A stretch of 64,000 nt of DNA from an uncultured Planctomycetota bacterium (GCA_963845755.1 CAWJTV010000011.1:1-64000); one strand, 5' to 3'. Counted from the stretch's first letter, positions 44,264 through 56,036 are shown. The notes: a model not told the origin generated them from the letters alone. A program made the numbers and translations.

Positions 44264-46012
44264 TTATTTCGGGCGTTCGCGGCCCGCCGTATCCAGTCTC
44301 CTGAGGATCAGCTCAAGCTTCTCCTCCAGCCTTTGCACCCGTTGCTCCAGCGTCTGAACGGGCGTCATGCCGCTGCCGGCCATAACTCCGCCGCCTGACG
44401 TCGGCGTCATGCCCCTCATGCCGGCCATAACTCCGCCGCCTGACGTCGTGGACGGTACCACGGGAGCGGGGGTCGGGAGCAACAGCGGCCGCTCGACGGG
44501 CGTCGGGCTCGCGGGCGTCGCGCTGGCGGGCGCCGGCGCCGGCGACCACTGGATCACCTCGCCACCCGCCCGCGTGATGATGGCCGGCAAGACACTTGCC
44601 TCTTCCAAAGCCAGCAAGCGGACCGAGCCGTCGACTATTCCGATTTGGTAGCCGTCCGTGCCGCGGTGATCCAGCGCCGGCAGGGGGCGCCCCGGGACGA
44701 ACGGGAGTTCGCCCGGCTTCGTCCAGGGGGTGGCCTCGTCGGCGACGGCGACCAGGAGGGTATTCGACGTGCCGTCGGTGATGTCCTCAATGCGGACGCC
44801 CTGCGAGCCTTCGAAGATGGCCCCCTTGCCCCCGAACCCTCGGATGCGGGTCAGCCCAGAGGGCGCGGGGGAGGCGGGTGTCTCGAAGACGGCCGGCATC
44901 CGGGCTGCCAATGCCTTGTTGTGCGGGCTGTCCCAGGGCTCGTCCTGGCGGAACTGCCGATAAAGCTCGTTCTCTTCGAGGTAGGGGAGCAAAGCCACCC
45001 GCCAACTCAGGGTCGGCAGGCCGTCGGGCCCGTAAGTCGCCATGGGGGGGAGGTGGACGTTGGTAGACACGTAGTTGTGGAATGCCAGCCCGATCTGTTT
45101 GAGATTGTCGGCCTGCACCTGCCGCCGATCCTGCGACCGCTCGACCGGGATCCGGGGAAAGCTGCCGGGCCCCTGCGCCCGGGACGGCGTCATCCAGGTC
45201 GCGGCCACCATCCCGGCGAGGGCGAGACCGCCGGCGAGAAGGGAAACCGTCATTGTCGATTTCGAGAACATGCTCAGGGTAGCTCCTCGAGTCAGGGTGG
45301 TGACACCGGGCGCGGTCGCCGACGAGACGATCGCCCCGAGAGTCGCGCGGATCAGGGTCGGGTGGAGCGGGGCTGTGTAACCCTCGCTCGCCGACAGGGC
45401 GGCCAGGGCAAGGGACGGGGAGACTCCCCGGCCGATCAACCGATCGCGGAGGGACTGCCGGCCGCGGGCCAGGCGGCTCTTCACCGTCCCGACCGGGCAG
45501 CCGAGCCGGTGGGCCGCTTCCTCCGCCGAGGCCCCTTCGAGCAGGCACAGGACCAGGACATCGCGGTGCCGGGACGGCAGTCGCCCCAGTTCGGCGTCGA
45601 GGATCGGCATCACGTCCGACCACTCGGCCTCCCGCCGCTCGCGGGCGGGATATTCGGTCAAAGGCTCGTGCCGATGGCGGGCCGCCCGCGTCCGGGCCTT
45701 CCTGGCGACGCGTGTTGCCACGCCGTAAAGCCAGGGGCCGAGCCGATCGGGGGCGCGGACCTGTGCGGCTTTGCGTGCCAGGACGAGGAAGGTCGCCTGG
45801 AAGGCATCGTCGGCGTCGTGCGGGCTGGCCAGGATCCGTCGGCAGACGCCCAGGACCATGGGCCCGTGGCGGGCCACCAACGCCTCGAACGCCGAATCGT
45901 CGCCCTCGGCGACAAATTGTTCGAGAAGGGCGCCGTCCCCCGAAGGAGCTACTCCGCACCGGAACAGTCGATCCAGGTCCCGAAAAACCGAAGAGTTGCG
46001 GACACCACGCAT
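44264..46012 (-). CDS. ECF sigma-70 factor fused to TM and DUF1559-like domain
   Basis: AFEALVARHGPMVLGVC, DAFQATFLVL, GTVKSRLARGR; NLKQIGLAFHNY, LSWRVALLPYLE, ITDGTSNT. Confidence 0.92.
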   Translation of the reverse strand: MRGVRNSSVFRDLDRLFRCGVAPSGDGALLEQFVAEGDDSAFEALVARHGPMVLGVCRRILASPHDADDAFQATFLVLARKAAQVRAPDRLGPWLYGVATRVARKARTRAARHRHEPLTEYPARERREAEWSDVMPILDAELGRLPSRHRDVLVLCLLEGASAEEAAHRLGCPVGTVKSRLARGRQSLRDRLIGRGVSPSLALAALSASEGYTAPLHPTLIRATLGAIVSSATAPGVTTLTRGATLSMFSKSTMTVSLLAGGLALAGMVAATWMTPSRAQGPGSFPRIPVERSQDRRQVQADNLKQIGLAFHNYVSTNVHLPPMATYGPDGLPTLSWRVALLPYLEENELYRQFRQDEPWDSPHNKALAARMPAVFETPASPAPSGLTRIRGFGGKGAIFEGSQGVRIEDITDGTSNTLLVAVADEATPWTKPGELPFVPGRPLPALDHRGTDGYQIGIVDGSVRLLALEEASVLPAIITRAGGEVIQWSPAPAPASATPASPTPVERPLLLPTPAPVVPSTTSGGGVMAGMRGMTPTSGGGVMAGSGMTPVQTLEQRVQRLEEKLELILRRLDTAGRERPK

Positions 46013-46274
46013 GCGCTACGCCCTCCGTCTCGTGCTGCTACAAGAATACTGCCCCTGAGACGTGATTCGGGTCCATCCGTCGCGAGATTGTCCCAGGATC
46101 GACAATCCGTGTCCGGCGAGCCAGGCTCTCCGCTTCGTTTCCTCGTCACGAGTCGTCGGTACGCGAGTCGGTCGCGCACGGGACGGGCCCGATTCGCCGG
46201 GGTACGGGACTCGACTGGAACGAGGAGGATGAGTCGATCATCGGTCAGCGCGATCCGACCAAGACGGGCTCGAC

Positions 46275-46480
46275 CGTGCCGCGCGGTCCCGGCGTCTTCG
46301 TCTTCGCCCCCAAGCCGAACCCGACCTTTCTGGCCTTCGAACGCCACACCATCGACGACGGCGGCATGGCCCGCGAGGACGCCCTGGCCGCCGACCGCGA
46401 CGGCGATGGTCGATCCGACCTCATCGCCGGAGGACGGGCCACGCATAACGTGAAGATTCATTCGAAATCGCCAACAATAA
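46275..46480 (+). pseudogene. Orphan diverged copy of the FG-GAP gene 3' end
   Basis: PRGPGVFVFAPKP...IDDGGMAREDALAADRDGDGRSDLIAGGRATHNVKI matches 43530-43732. Confidence 0.8.
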
Positions 46481-46502
46481 TGCGGGCGGAATGTGTCCGA
46501 CA

Positions 46503-46808
46503 TCAGGGCGAACGGTAGATGTCGCGGCGATTGCCGACGTCAACAACTACGACAACGAGGCGCTGAGCCTCGACTTTATAGATGACGCGGTAGTCGCTCA
46601 CCCGGATCCGGTAGAGATCAACCTCGCCCTGAAGGTTCTTCGATCCGGGAGGATGCCGGTCGTCGGCCAATCCGAGGATCGCAGCATCAACGCGCCTCAG
46701 GTCGGCCTTCGGGAGCGATGCCAGTCCACGCTCGGCAGCACGGGTGAACTGAATCTCATATCGTCTTGGCTCGGGGCTGGGCTCGCTTTCGTTTCGCCTT
46801 CGGCTCAT
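46503..46808 (-). CDS. relE: RelE/ParE family toxin
   Basis: YEIQFTRAA, YRIRVSDYRVIY, VGNRRDIY; start uncertain. Confidence 0.88.
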   Translation of the reverse strand: MSRRRNESEPSPEPRRYEIQFTRAAERGLASLPKADLRRVDAAILGLADDRHPPGSKNLQGEVDLYRIRVSDYRVIYKVEAQRLVVVVVDVGNRRDIYRSP

Positions 46809-47070
46809 CATCGAGTCCCAGTCTGCGGCGGACGACCGCGTAGGGGATACGGTCCTCGGATTCGGCCAGGGCGGTGCGTGCGGCCTCCACATCGAGGCGA
46901 TCCTCAACCTCCTCGATCAACCGCTCGAGCAATTTCAAGTCCTCGAGCGGGACGATGGCCGCGACATCCTTTCCCCTCCGGTGGATGATGATCCGCTCCC
47001 CCTGGTACTCCGCGCGGTTCAGGATCTCGGCCAGCGACTGTCGAAGCTCGACCACATTCAGGCGCATCAT
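46756..47070 (-). CDS. Phd/YefM family antitoxin
   Basis: ELRQSLAEILNRAEYQGERIIIHRRGKDVAAIV. Confidence 0.88.
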   Translation of the reverse strand: MMRLNVVELRQSLAEILNRAEYQGERIIIHRRGKDVAAIVPLEDLKLLERLIEEVEDRLDVEAARTALAESEDRIPYAVVRRRLGLDDEPKAKRKRAQPRAKTI

Positions 47071-47204
47071 TCGGCCGGCTCCCCATCGACTTCCCAGGGC
47101 CCCGCGCATCATTGACCTCAAGATCATCATGTACATGATGAACACTGCCGTCAAGCTCGTTGTCGCGGCTCATCTGGAACAGGACTGGAATTGCTGGCAG
47201 ACGC

Positions 47205-50200
47205 TCACCGCCCATCCCCGCTCAAGACGAAGGCGGCCCACAGGGCGGGATCGCTCCGTGCGGCACGGGCATTCGATGGTGAGCTCGGCCCGCCCTCCGG
47301 CAGCTTCACCGCCGTCTCGCCGGGCCCGCGATCCTTCGCCAGCTCCGCTTGGCGCTTCGCCACCAGCCCCGGGTCGTTCAACACGGCGAGCTGCGCCTGA
47401 CGCAGCGCCTCCAGCTTGGGCAGCTTCTTGTCCCACAGGTTGGTGTAGAACTGCTCCATCAGCACGGTGGTGGCGTCGTCGTCCACCTTCCACAGGCTGG
47501 CGACGACGGCGCGGGCCCCCGCCGCCTGGAAGCGCGCTGGAGGCCCATCACCCCCTGACCGCTCTCCAGCGCGCCCAGGCCGGTCTCGCAGGCGGAGAGG
47601 ACGACCAGCTCGGTACCCCGCAGATCCAGGGCCTGCACCTCCTCGGCCGTCAGGATGCCGTCCTCGCGCAGCGGGGCGTCGGCGGACGCATCGGGCAGGC
47701 CGGCGCCCGGGTCGCGGCCGCCGCCGGCCAGCACGACCCCCGACCGCAACAGCGGCATCAGGGCGAAATCCACATCATCATCCCCCGACTTGGTGGCTGT
47801 CAGGGGCAGGGCGAACGGATCCTCGCGACGGACCTCGGCGCGGAGGGCCGCGATCCGAGCGGGGGATTCGAAGAAGCCGTGCGTCCCCAGGTGCACCGCC
47901 CGCCAGTGGCCACCGTCGAGCCGCCGCTTGATCGCGGCCTCGGTCGGCTCGGCCTTGGTCAGCAGCTCGGCCGGCTGGCCGGCGAAGGCGGCGTGGAACA
48001 GTTCGCGGGCGCGCCGGGCCTCTGGGCCGGTCCCCGGCAGCGGCCAGAAGCCGGACCGCTGTGCGACCCCGGATAGGCCCACCGGGGACCGTGCGGACGG
48101 TCCGGGCTGGCCCGGGTCGGCCTGGAAGTCAACGTCACCGACTGCCAGCAGCCCGCGCCCGGCCGGTCCTTGTGGGTCGGCCAGAGACTCGATGGCCGAG
48201 CGACCCGAAGCGACGTAGCCGATGGCCAGGTCCTCGATCAGGTACGAGCCGGGTTTGCACCCGGGCAGGGCCGCGAACGGGAGGAATGAGAGGCTCCCGT
48301 CCGGGGCGATCAGGACGATGCGAGCGTCGCCCAGATGGGGCCGCAGCGGTTCCCAGACGAGCCGGCCCAGCTCGTCGGCCGCCGTCTGCAAGTCACCGGC
48401 CTGGCGAGCATCGAGGGCGCGCCGCCAGGACCGAAGCGTCTCGTCGATTGCTCGAGCCTGGCCCAGGGGGACAAGGGCCACCGGCCGGCCGCGACGCACG
48501 ACGAACGCCAGGTGGCGCCGCTCCCTCTGAACCCGCCCCTTTCCACCCTGGGGCGGGCTGAAATGGGTGTATTCGAGGAAGTCAACCAGGGCCGTATCGG
48601 CGGGCAGGGCCGCGGCCACCTCGTCAGGTTCCCGCCGTTCCGCTTGCTTCTGTCCGCGGTAACTAGCGCTCTGGCGGGCCAGGTCCGCCTCGAGGTCTTC
48701 TTTGGCTTCACGCAGCTTGTGGAGCTGCTGACGCCAGGCTTCGCCCTGACCCGCGGGCGGTGGGCGAAATGCCACGTTGGCGAGCTGGCTGCGGACCCGG
48801 GCGAGTCGAGCCAGGGATGGCGCCAATTCGGGCTGGTCACGGGCCAGCCGAGCCTCGACATGCCGAGCTTCCGCCGCACCTTTCCAGTCGAGGACTTGAC
48901 GGTAGAGATCCGCAGGCTTGGCGCCCGTGCGTCGGCCGACGTTGAGATAGGCGTCCAGTGCCCTTCGCCGATCTTGGTACAGCCGGAGCTGTTGGCGTTC
49001 GCCGAGGACCGAGGAGGTACCCTGCGTAAAGCGGGAGATGACCGCCAGCGCCTCGATGAACAGGGGCTCAGCACGGGCGAAGTCGCCCATGTTGTGGTAC
49101 AGCCCGGCCAAGTTGTAGAGGGACTTGGCGTAGTCAGGGTGGTTCGCGCCCAAGGCCTTCCTACCGATCGCCAGCGCCTCGCGGAGCATCGGCTCGGCGC
49201 GGGCGGGGTCGCCCATCTCCAGGTACAGCCCGGCCAGATTGTTGAGGGACGTGGCGTAGTAGGGGTGGTCCGCGCCCACCGCCTTCTTCCAAATGGCCAC
49301 CGCCTGGCGGTAAATCGGCTCGGCGCGGGCGTGGTCGCCCTTGGCATGGTACAGCATGGCCAGGTTATTGAGGGCCGTGGCGTTGTCGAGGTGGTCCGCG
49401 CCCAACGCCTTCTTCATGCTCGCCAGCGCCTCGCGGAGCATCGGCTCGGCGCGGGCGTGGTCACCCATGGCCCAGTACAGCCCGGCCAGGTTGTTGAGCG
49501 AAAGGGCGTAGTCGGGGTGGTCCGCGCCCAACGCCTTCTTCCGGATCGCCAGCGCCTCGCGGAGCATCGGCTCGGCGCGGGCATAATCCCCCATGGTCCC
49601 GTACAGCAGGGCCAGGTTGTTGAGGCCCGCGGCGTAGCCGGGGTGGTCCGCGCCCAACGCGTTCTTCTTGATCGCCAGCGCCTCGCGGTGCATCGGCTCG
49701 GCGCGGACAAAGTCGCCCATCTCGCGGTACAGCCCGGCCAGGTTATTGAGGCCCGCGGCGTAGGCGGGGTGGTCCGCGCCCAGTGCCTCCTTCCGGATCG
49801 CCAGCGCCTCGCGGAACATCGGCTCGGCACGGGCGTAGTCGCCCATGAGGTCGTACAGCCCGGCCAGGTTATTGAGGGACGTGGCGTAGTCGGGGTGGTC
49901 CGTGCCCAGCGCCTGCTTCGTGATCGCTAGCGACTCGCGGAGCATCGGCTCGGCGCGAGCATGATTCCCCGAGGCCTGGTACAACTCGGCCAGGTTGTTG
50001 AGGACCGTGGCGTAGTCGGGGTGGTCCTGACCTAGCAATTCGCCCCGGATCTCCATGGCCTCGCGGCACTGAGCGATTCCCTCCGCATACTTCCCCTCTC
50101 TCCGAAGTGCGTGCTGAAGCCGGTTCAGTCGATCCGCGTGCTGGAGCCACTGCCGATGGCCATCAGAAGCGCTGCCCGCCGATCAAGATCGGCCAGCGCC

Positions 50201-50637
50201 CGGCGCGCGTCACCGATCCGCCAATCCTTCCGGTCCGGTTGCCGCTCGCGGATGGAGAGCACTTCCGCGAGGGCTTTCCTGGCCGCCGCCCTGTCCTTAC
50301 CCAACTCGTGCAATCTCGCCAGGTACTCGAGTGAGCCCACGACGTCCTCGTGCAACTCGCCCAGCACCTCCCGCTCGATGGCCAGCTTCATTCCGAACGC
50401 AGTCATCGTTTCCTCAAGATTGCCGGCCTCAGCCAGCTTGGTAGCCTCCTCGTTGTACCGGTCGCGTTCCGCGAGCCGGCGGGCCTTTTCAGTCTCGGAG
50501 AGCTTTGATGCGGGGACAGCTCCGGGAGGTTGGCGCCGGACCCACGCAGTCACCGCGCCGGAAACGATCAAAGTGACCAGAACGGTCGCAAGAGGGGCCG
50601 TCAGAATCTGGTGCCCGAACGAACGAGAATGAATCAT
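47205..50637 (-). CDS. TPR + CHAT (caspase-like) protein (frameshifted)
   Basis: About eight HPDYATSLNNLA TPRs; VHLGTHGFF His and VVLSACETGLG Cys; WAAFVLSG end. Confidence 0.88.
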
Positions 50638-50691
50638 CGGCCGGCCTTTCCCAGAAAGGACAGATCCTTCCCCCTTGCTACGCACAGAGCC

Positions 50692-52580
50692 TCATTCACC
50701 CCGGTAGGCGAACCGTGCTGTCTGGATCACATCGAACTGCCCCTGGGTCCTCATACGCTCCATCAGTTGCAGCAGCGGATCATCGAGCTTGTCCGCCTCC
50801 TCGCCGATCCCGCGTACCAGGCCCGCCCGGAGCGACTCAATCGGCTGGCCCTCGTCCAGGCCCCGCGTGGCAAACACCAGCTCGGGACGAAGCGGCGAAG
50901 GGGGCATCGGGCCGACCAGGCCGGCCAGGTCCGTTCCCGGAGGCAGCGGCGTGCGGCGCGCCAGCAGCAGCACCGTCTCCAACCCTCCGGGGCCTTCCAT
51001 GGGGAGCCCGTAGTCCAGCGCCTCCGGGCTATGCACGGTCTCCCGCGCCGAACCTCCCGACGGCTGGCTACCAAACTTGCCGTCGTCGCGCGGGTAGAGC
51101 AGACTCACTCTCCCCTGGCTGTCGAGCCACATCAGGTATACATAAGCCGTCTGGTTCATGCGGGCTTCGAGGTGAACGCGTTCGCCGGCAAGGAGCGGTC
51201 GCGCGCGGGCTCGCCAACCTTCAATTCCCGCTCGACATTGTCCGTCTTCGACCGGACCCGGACGATCAGCTCGCCCGCCAGTGACGGGCGAGGAATCACG
51301 ATGGGAGGGACCGGCGGTGGGACGGGGATCGGCGGGGGCGGGATCAGGGCGTAAACCAGCCCTCCGAGGAGGACCGATGCCACCACGCCGGCGGCCAGCG
51401 CCAGGATCTTCGGACGCTTGACGAAGCGAACCAGCGCCTTCTGCAACGCCTCGGCCGAGGGGTAGCGGTCGGCCGGATCGGCGGCCATGGCCTTGAGGCA
51501 GATGCCCCGCAGGTCGCGCGAGACCTTGGGATCGTCGAGGGCCTTGCGGTCGAAGTCGCAGCGGCGGGCGCGGTCCATCGATTCGCGCCAGTTTCGGCCC
51601 GGGAACGGGGCCTCGCCGGTCAGCAGGTCGTAGAGCACGGCCCCAAGGGCGAAGACGTCGCTGCGCGGGCCGACTTTATCTTGTTCCTCGGGCGATTCGA
51701 TCCGGGCTTGCTCGGGGGGCATGAAGGCAAACGTGCCGCCGGGCTGGCCCGGGTCGTCGCAATAGGCATGACATAGCCGCGCCATGCCGAAGTCGATCAA
51801 TCGCGGCTCGCCCGACTCATCGACCAGGATGTTCTTCGGCTTGATGTCCCGGTGGAAGACCCCTTGGCGGTGCGCATAGTCGGCCGCCCCGGCGACCTTC
51901 GCCAGCAGGGCCGCGGCCCGGCGCGGCTTCAAACGCCCCTCGCGGGCGACCTGATCGAGCGTCCGGCCGCGGATGTACTCCATCACCAGGTAGGGCCGGT
52001 CATCGTGGAAATCGGAATCGAAGACGCGGACCAGGTTGGGATGGTCCAGATGCGCCAGGATCCTCCCCTCCTCGATGATCTCGCAGCGGCCGTCCGGCCG
52101 GACCGGCTTAAGCGCGAGCTTGAGGACCAGCTCCAGGGCCAGCCCCGGGTGGACGACCCGGTAGACCTCCGCCTGCCCGGTGGGCGGAAATCGGCCGATG
52201 ACCAGGTACTTGCCGATCGCGGCCGGCAGCGGCGCCTCCCGGGAGGTCGAACCGTCCTCCTCGGTACCGCGATCGTGCCCGGAGATCGAACCTGGATCGC
52301 CCGCCCGGTTGGCCGAATCCCAGGGCGCAGTTGCGCCGGGGTCATCGACCTGGCCATTCGTGTCGGCCGGAGGGGAGATCGGCTCGCTCATGGTCGAAGG
52401 GGAAAGGGGCGTCCTCTGCCCATTCTCTCGGAGCACCGCCACCTCGGCCAGGAGACGATCGCGCCGGGTCTGACAGCGCGCGCAGCCAGCGACGTGCTCG
52501 GACACCGCGGGCGGGACGACCTCGCCCATGGCCAGTGCCAGCAGTTCGGTCTCATCGGGGCAAGCCAGAGTCGATGTCAT
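50692..52580 (-). CDS. Ser/Thr kinase with N-terminal Zn-finger anti-sigma motif and C-terminal DUF4384-like domain (frameshift near 51170)
   Basis: HVAGCARC, HRDIKPKN, DFGMA, GGTFAFMPPE; AYVYLMWLDSQGRVSLLYP. Confidence 0.85.
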
Positions 52581-53167
52581 CGATCAGGTCCTCGTCGAAT
52601 TCCTGGCAGACGGCGCGGACTTGCGTCAGGACGCGGCTCGAGTTCGCGAAGACGGCGTTGGGCTCGAGACCCAGCTCCCGGCCGACCTCGATACCGGAGC
52701 GATTCCGCAAGAGCCGCTGCTCGAAACAGGCCCAGACTCGCCTCGACGTCCGCGCGTGGACCCGTTTCAGCGCGAGTTCCAGGATCCTCCTGCGATGGAA
52801 GAGAATCCAATCTTCCTCCATTTGCAGGTTCTCCGCGTCGGTTGCGCGGAGCATCCGGTCAACCCAGTTGTCGGTGGCCTTCCGCTCGCTGGCCAGCCGC
52901 CGCGCCCGATCGACGACTGCGTGATGTGCCACGCTGAACAGCCAGCACCGGAACCGGCTCTTCTCCCGATCGTAGGTGTGGATCTTGTCCAGCAGCTTCA
53001 CGAAGATATCCTGGACGACGTCCTGGGCTTCGAACTCCTGCAAACCTTGCTTGAGCAGGAAAGCGAAGAGCATCGGCCGGTAAATGGCGTCGAACTCACG
53101 CCATCGTTCGGGGTCCTTCCGGCAAGCCCCGACGATGACGGAATGCGCGAGTGTCCGTATTCGACAT
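52552..53167 (-). CDS. ECF sigma-70 factor
   Basis: WREFDAIYRPM, AQDVVQDIF, RFRCWL; probable start MSNTDTR with a frameshift. Confidence 0.85.
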
Positions 53168-53335
53168 GGTCTGATGTACGGCATTGACGTGCGCAGTGAT
53201 GACCGTCCTCGGCCACTCCCTCCTCGAAGAGGATACGCCGGAACGGGGGCTCGGAGCCAGTAGGTGCTCCGATCGGCCGTGGCCCGCGTCGAATGCGGTT
53301 CCCCCTCGACGTCACCACGTGACAGGTCGGCGATC

Positions 53336-53659
53336 TCATCGTGCTCCTTCCCTTCGCACGTTGCCCAGCCGGTCCTCGACTTGCTGCCGGAGTGCGTCAA
53401 CCCAGGGGGTCAGAGCCCTCAGCCTCCGCGCGTGGATTTTCTGCTGGAGTCGAGCGACCTGATCGCACAGATTGCGGAGATCCTCGGCGATGTCTTCCGG
53501 CCCCGCCTGAGACAGGGCGACTGGCTGTGCATTGGTTTTCAGTGCATGGTACGACCGGTGGGCCAGTTCGCGGACTTTCCGGCTGAGCTTGCCCGCGTCC
53601 GACCAGGTGCTATCCTCGCTCGTACCGTCATGCAATTCCTGGGGTTGGGTGTTTGTCAT
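53336..53659 (-). CDS. Hypothetical small helical protein
   Basis: 107-aa ORF heading the sigma/kinase/CHAT operon. Confidence 0.5.
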   Translation of the reverse strand: MTNTQPQELHDGTSEDSTWSDAGKLSRKVRELAHRSYHALKTNAQPVALSQAGPEDIAEDLRNLCDQVARLQQKIHARRLRALTPWVDALRQQVEDRLGNVRREGAR

Positions 53660-53829
53660 CGTTGATTCTTCCGGGTTTCAACGGCGTAATGTCTCCGGGT
53701 TGAATCGAGTCCTCGCCCTCCACTTCATAAGAGTGATACGCACGACTCCCGAGAACTTTCCGAAGAACCGTTCATCCGGATCCTGCGCGCCGGTCTTGAA
53801 AGCGGCCCTTCGGGGCATGGAGGTGCCCT

Positions 53830-53932
53830 GCGCCGGGCGCGAGTCTCCTGACCCCGCCCCTGTGCAAGACCGAAGGTCTCCAACCCCGACCCCAGAGGGC
53901 GACCTCCGGTCCGCCAGACGGCGGGGTCTGGA
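53830..53932. repeat. REP-like element (gacctccggtccgccagacggcgg family)
   Basis: Core shared with 55855-55930. Confidence 0.6.
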
Positions 53933-54045
53933 AATCTCAGCGGTGAACATCTTCGGAGGCGGCAAGCGTCTTGTGACTGAAGGACTTGAAGGGTTCAGAC
54001 AGAAATAAAGTCGGCAAGGATGAGACTGTTGTAACGACACCGGGT

Positions 54046-54144
54046 CTCGTTCCCACGCTCTGGGAATGCCGTCCTGGCCGCTCTGCGGCCCCGGCGACGC
54101 GGAGCGTCGCACCCGGACGTTCCCACGCAGAGCATGGGAACGAG
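54046..54144. repeat. REP element (ctcgttcccacgc family)
   Basis: Terminal inverted repeats ctcgttccca / tgggaacgag. Confidence 0.75.
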
Positions 54145-54290
54145 AATTCCCTGGCGTCAGGAAGAGACCCTCCCTCTTGAGCCCGGTTCCGTGGCTACAG
54201 TCTCCAAGTTTTCCTCAGTGTCGCTGGGATTCTTCGATCCGGGATTGGTTTGACGACGCGATTCTTGCCCGGCGACTTCGCCCGATTCCT

Positions 54291-54411
54291 ACCGCAGAGA
54301 TCGCAGAGACAACGCGGAGAACCCCCGCGATTGTGCAACGCGAAGGCCCATCACCAGAACGTTTCTCCTCTTCTCCGTGTTCCACTCTGCGGTCTCCGCG
54401 GTCTCTGCGGT
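54291..54411. repeat. 9-mer-based inverted repeat (cgcagaga / tctctgcg)
   Basis: accgcagagatcgcagaga ... ctctgcggtctccgcggtctctgcggt. Confidence 0.65.
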
Positions 54412-54721
54412 GGGTTTGACGACTTGATTCCTGCCCGATGACTTGGTGCGATTGTGGGTGACCAGCGGCGTCGTCAAGTTGAACGCGATCATCGAGCCAA
54501 CCGGCGCCCGCTCGATCAATCTCATGACTTGCCACTGCGCCAAGGGTTCGAGGGCCTGTCTGGGGACGGTGACCGGCCCAGACTTGTTGAGCTTTTCGAG
54601 CTCGGGTCGCGCGATGGAGCCCGACGGATGCGGTCGCCTGTTCCCTCGCGCGTGAAGGGCCTATGATAGAGAAGGACTCCAGCAATCCGATCCGTGCCCA
54701 TTCACCATCCCGGGGCAAACC

Positions 54722-55021
54722 ATGAGCATCAGCGAAACGACGGAAGAACCGGCACTGCCGGACGAGCCGGTAATGGAGCGGTCTCTCCTGGCGGATCTCA
54801 AAGTGCCATCGATGATCCAGAAGGCGCTGGACAAACATCGGCGTGACCTGCCCGAGCTGATGAAGACGCACGCCGATCAATGGGTGGCCTACCACGGCGA
54901 CCAGCGGCTGGGATTCGGCCGGTCGAAGCGGAAGCTTTACCGCAAGTATCTCGACCGCGGCCTGAGCATCGATGAGCTGATGGTCCTCGGCGTCGAACCG
55001 ATGCTAGACGATGAACTTTGA
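54722..55021 (+). CDS. DUF5678-like small protein
   Basis: DLPELMKTHADQWVAYHGDQRLGFG pattern. Confidence 0.6.
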   Translation: MSISETTEEPALPDEPVMERSLLADLKVPSMIQKALDKHRRDLPELMKTHADQWVAYHGDQRLGFGRSKRKLYRKYLDRGLSIDELMVLGVEPMLDDEL

Positions 55022-55078
55022 TTCGACCCGAGCGAGTGGGACGATGTGTGATCGGCACTCTCCGAGAGGAGGATCCAT

Positions 55079-55612
55079 GTGACGACCCTCCTGCGAGACC
55101 TTCCTTACTTCGACTCCAGGACTGTCGTCGTGGTTCGGAATCGAGAAGTGCCGGTCAAGCCGCAACAAATCGTGGTCTGGGTGAGCCTGGCGGAGATCGA
55201 GCAGAGCGAACTCGTGTCCGGCACGCCTCGTTTTCCCGCCATCCTGGATACGGGCTTCTCGCACAACTTCGGCATCCGAGAGGAACACCTCGATCAATGG
55301 GCCGGCATGCGACCGGGGTACTTCCGGAAGATCGGCGATGTCCGCGTCAACAATGTCGCCGCTTGGCTCCATCAAGCCGATATCTGGTTGCACCGGAACC
55401 GACCGGGGAAGCGCGATGAGATGAGGGATGATCGGCCGTTCTGCCTGGAGCTGAATCAAGGCATCGTGGTCTACCCGGCGGAGTCCCCCAATGCCCCACG
55501 CCTGCCGGTGCTGGGCCTTCGCGGGCTGAAATGGGCGCGGCTCCGGCTCGCGATCGACTGCGAGCATCGCCGCGTCGGGCTCCGCACGCCGCGGCGGTTC
55601 TGGTTCCTCTGA
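55079..55612 (+). CDS. Retropepsin-like (clan AA) aspartic protease
   Basis: AILDTGFS and PVLGLRGL motifs; GGAGG RBS. Confidence 0.7.
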   Translation: MTTLLRDLPYFDSRTVVVVRNREVPVKPQQIVVWVSLAEIEQSELVSGTPRFPAILDTGFSHNFGIREEHLDQWAGMRPGYFRKIGDVRVNNVAAWLHQADIWLHRNRPGKRDEMRDDRPFCLELNQGIVVYPAESPNAPRLPVLGLRGLKWARLRLAIDCEHRRVGLRTPRRFWFL

Positions 55613-55699
55613 AAGGCCGTTGACCGCGACTCTCATCATTGCGGCGTCGGCAGTGAACGTCCGGCCGAGGGAGACCACCGATGCCGTCAGAAGTATTTC

Positions 55700-55822
55700 G
55701 AACTCATTCAAAGGCAGAAGTCAGCGAAGGAGGAGCCGTCCTTTGAGAGGAAGTCGCGGGCGAGCGAGCGAGCGGCCGGGTCGGGCCGGCGGCCGAGGGT
55801 GAGGAGATCGGCGGCGCTCGAT
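55700..55822 (-). pseudogene. Orphan diverged copy of the DUF1553 gene 3' end
   Basis: LLTLGRRPDPAARSLARDFLSKDGSSFADFCL versus LLTLGRRPDPDERALARDFLSKDNSSFADFCL at 61831-61963. Confidence 0.8.
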
Positions 55823-56036
55823 CCTGGCACCCGGCCGACCGAATGTCTCCACTCCCACCCCGCCCCGACGGGAGACCTCCGGTCCGCCAGACGGCGGCGA
55901 CCCTTCGGGTGCCCGGAGACCCGCGCCGAATGGAGCCGGGGCTTGCACAGCCGGCCAGCATCGGCAGCAACGACACTCCCGACGCCGGAATCTGCCCAAG
56001 GGCTGCGGTGCGCGTCCTTCGCGTCCTGGAGGGATA

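Noticed and set aside
44376..44449. 45-bp-period tandem repeat
   Set aside because: In-frame low-complexity duplication (TSGGGVMAG x2) in the ECF-DUF1559 tail
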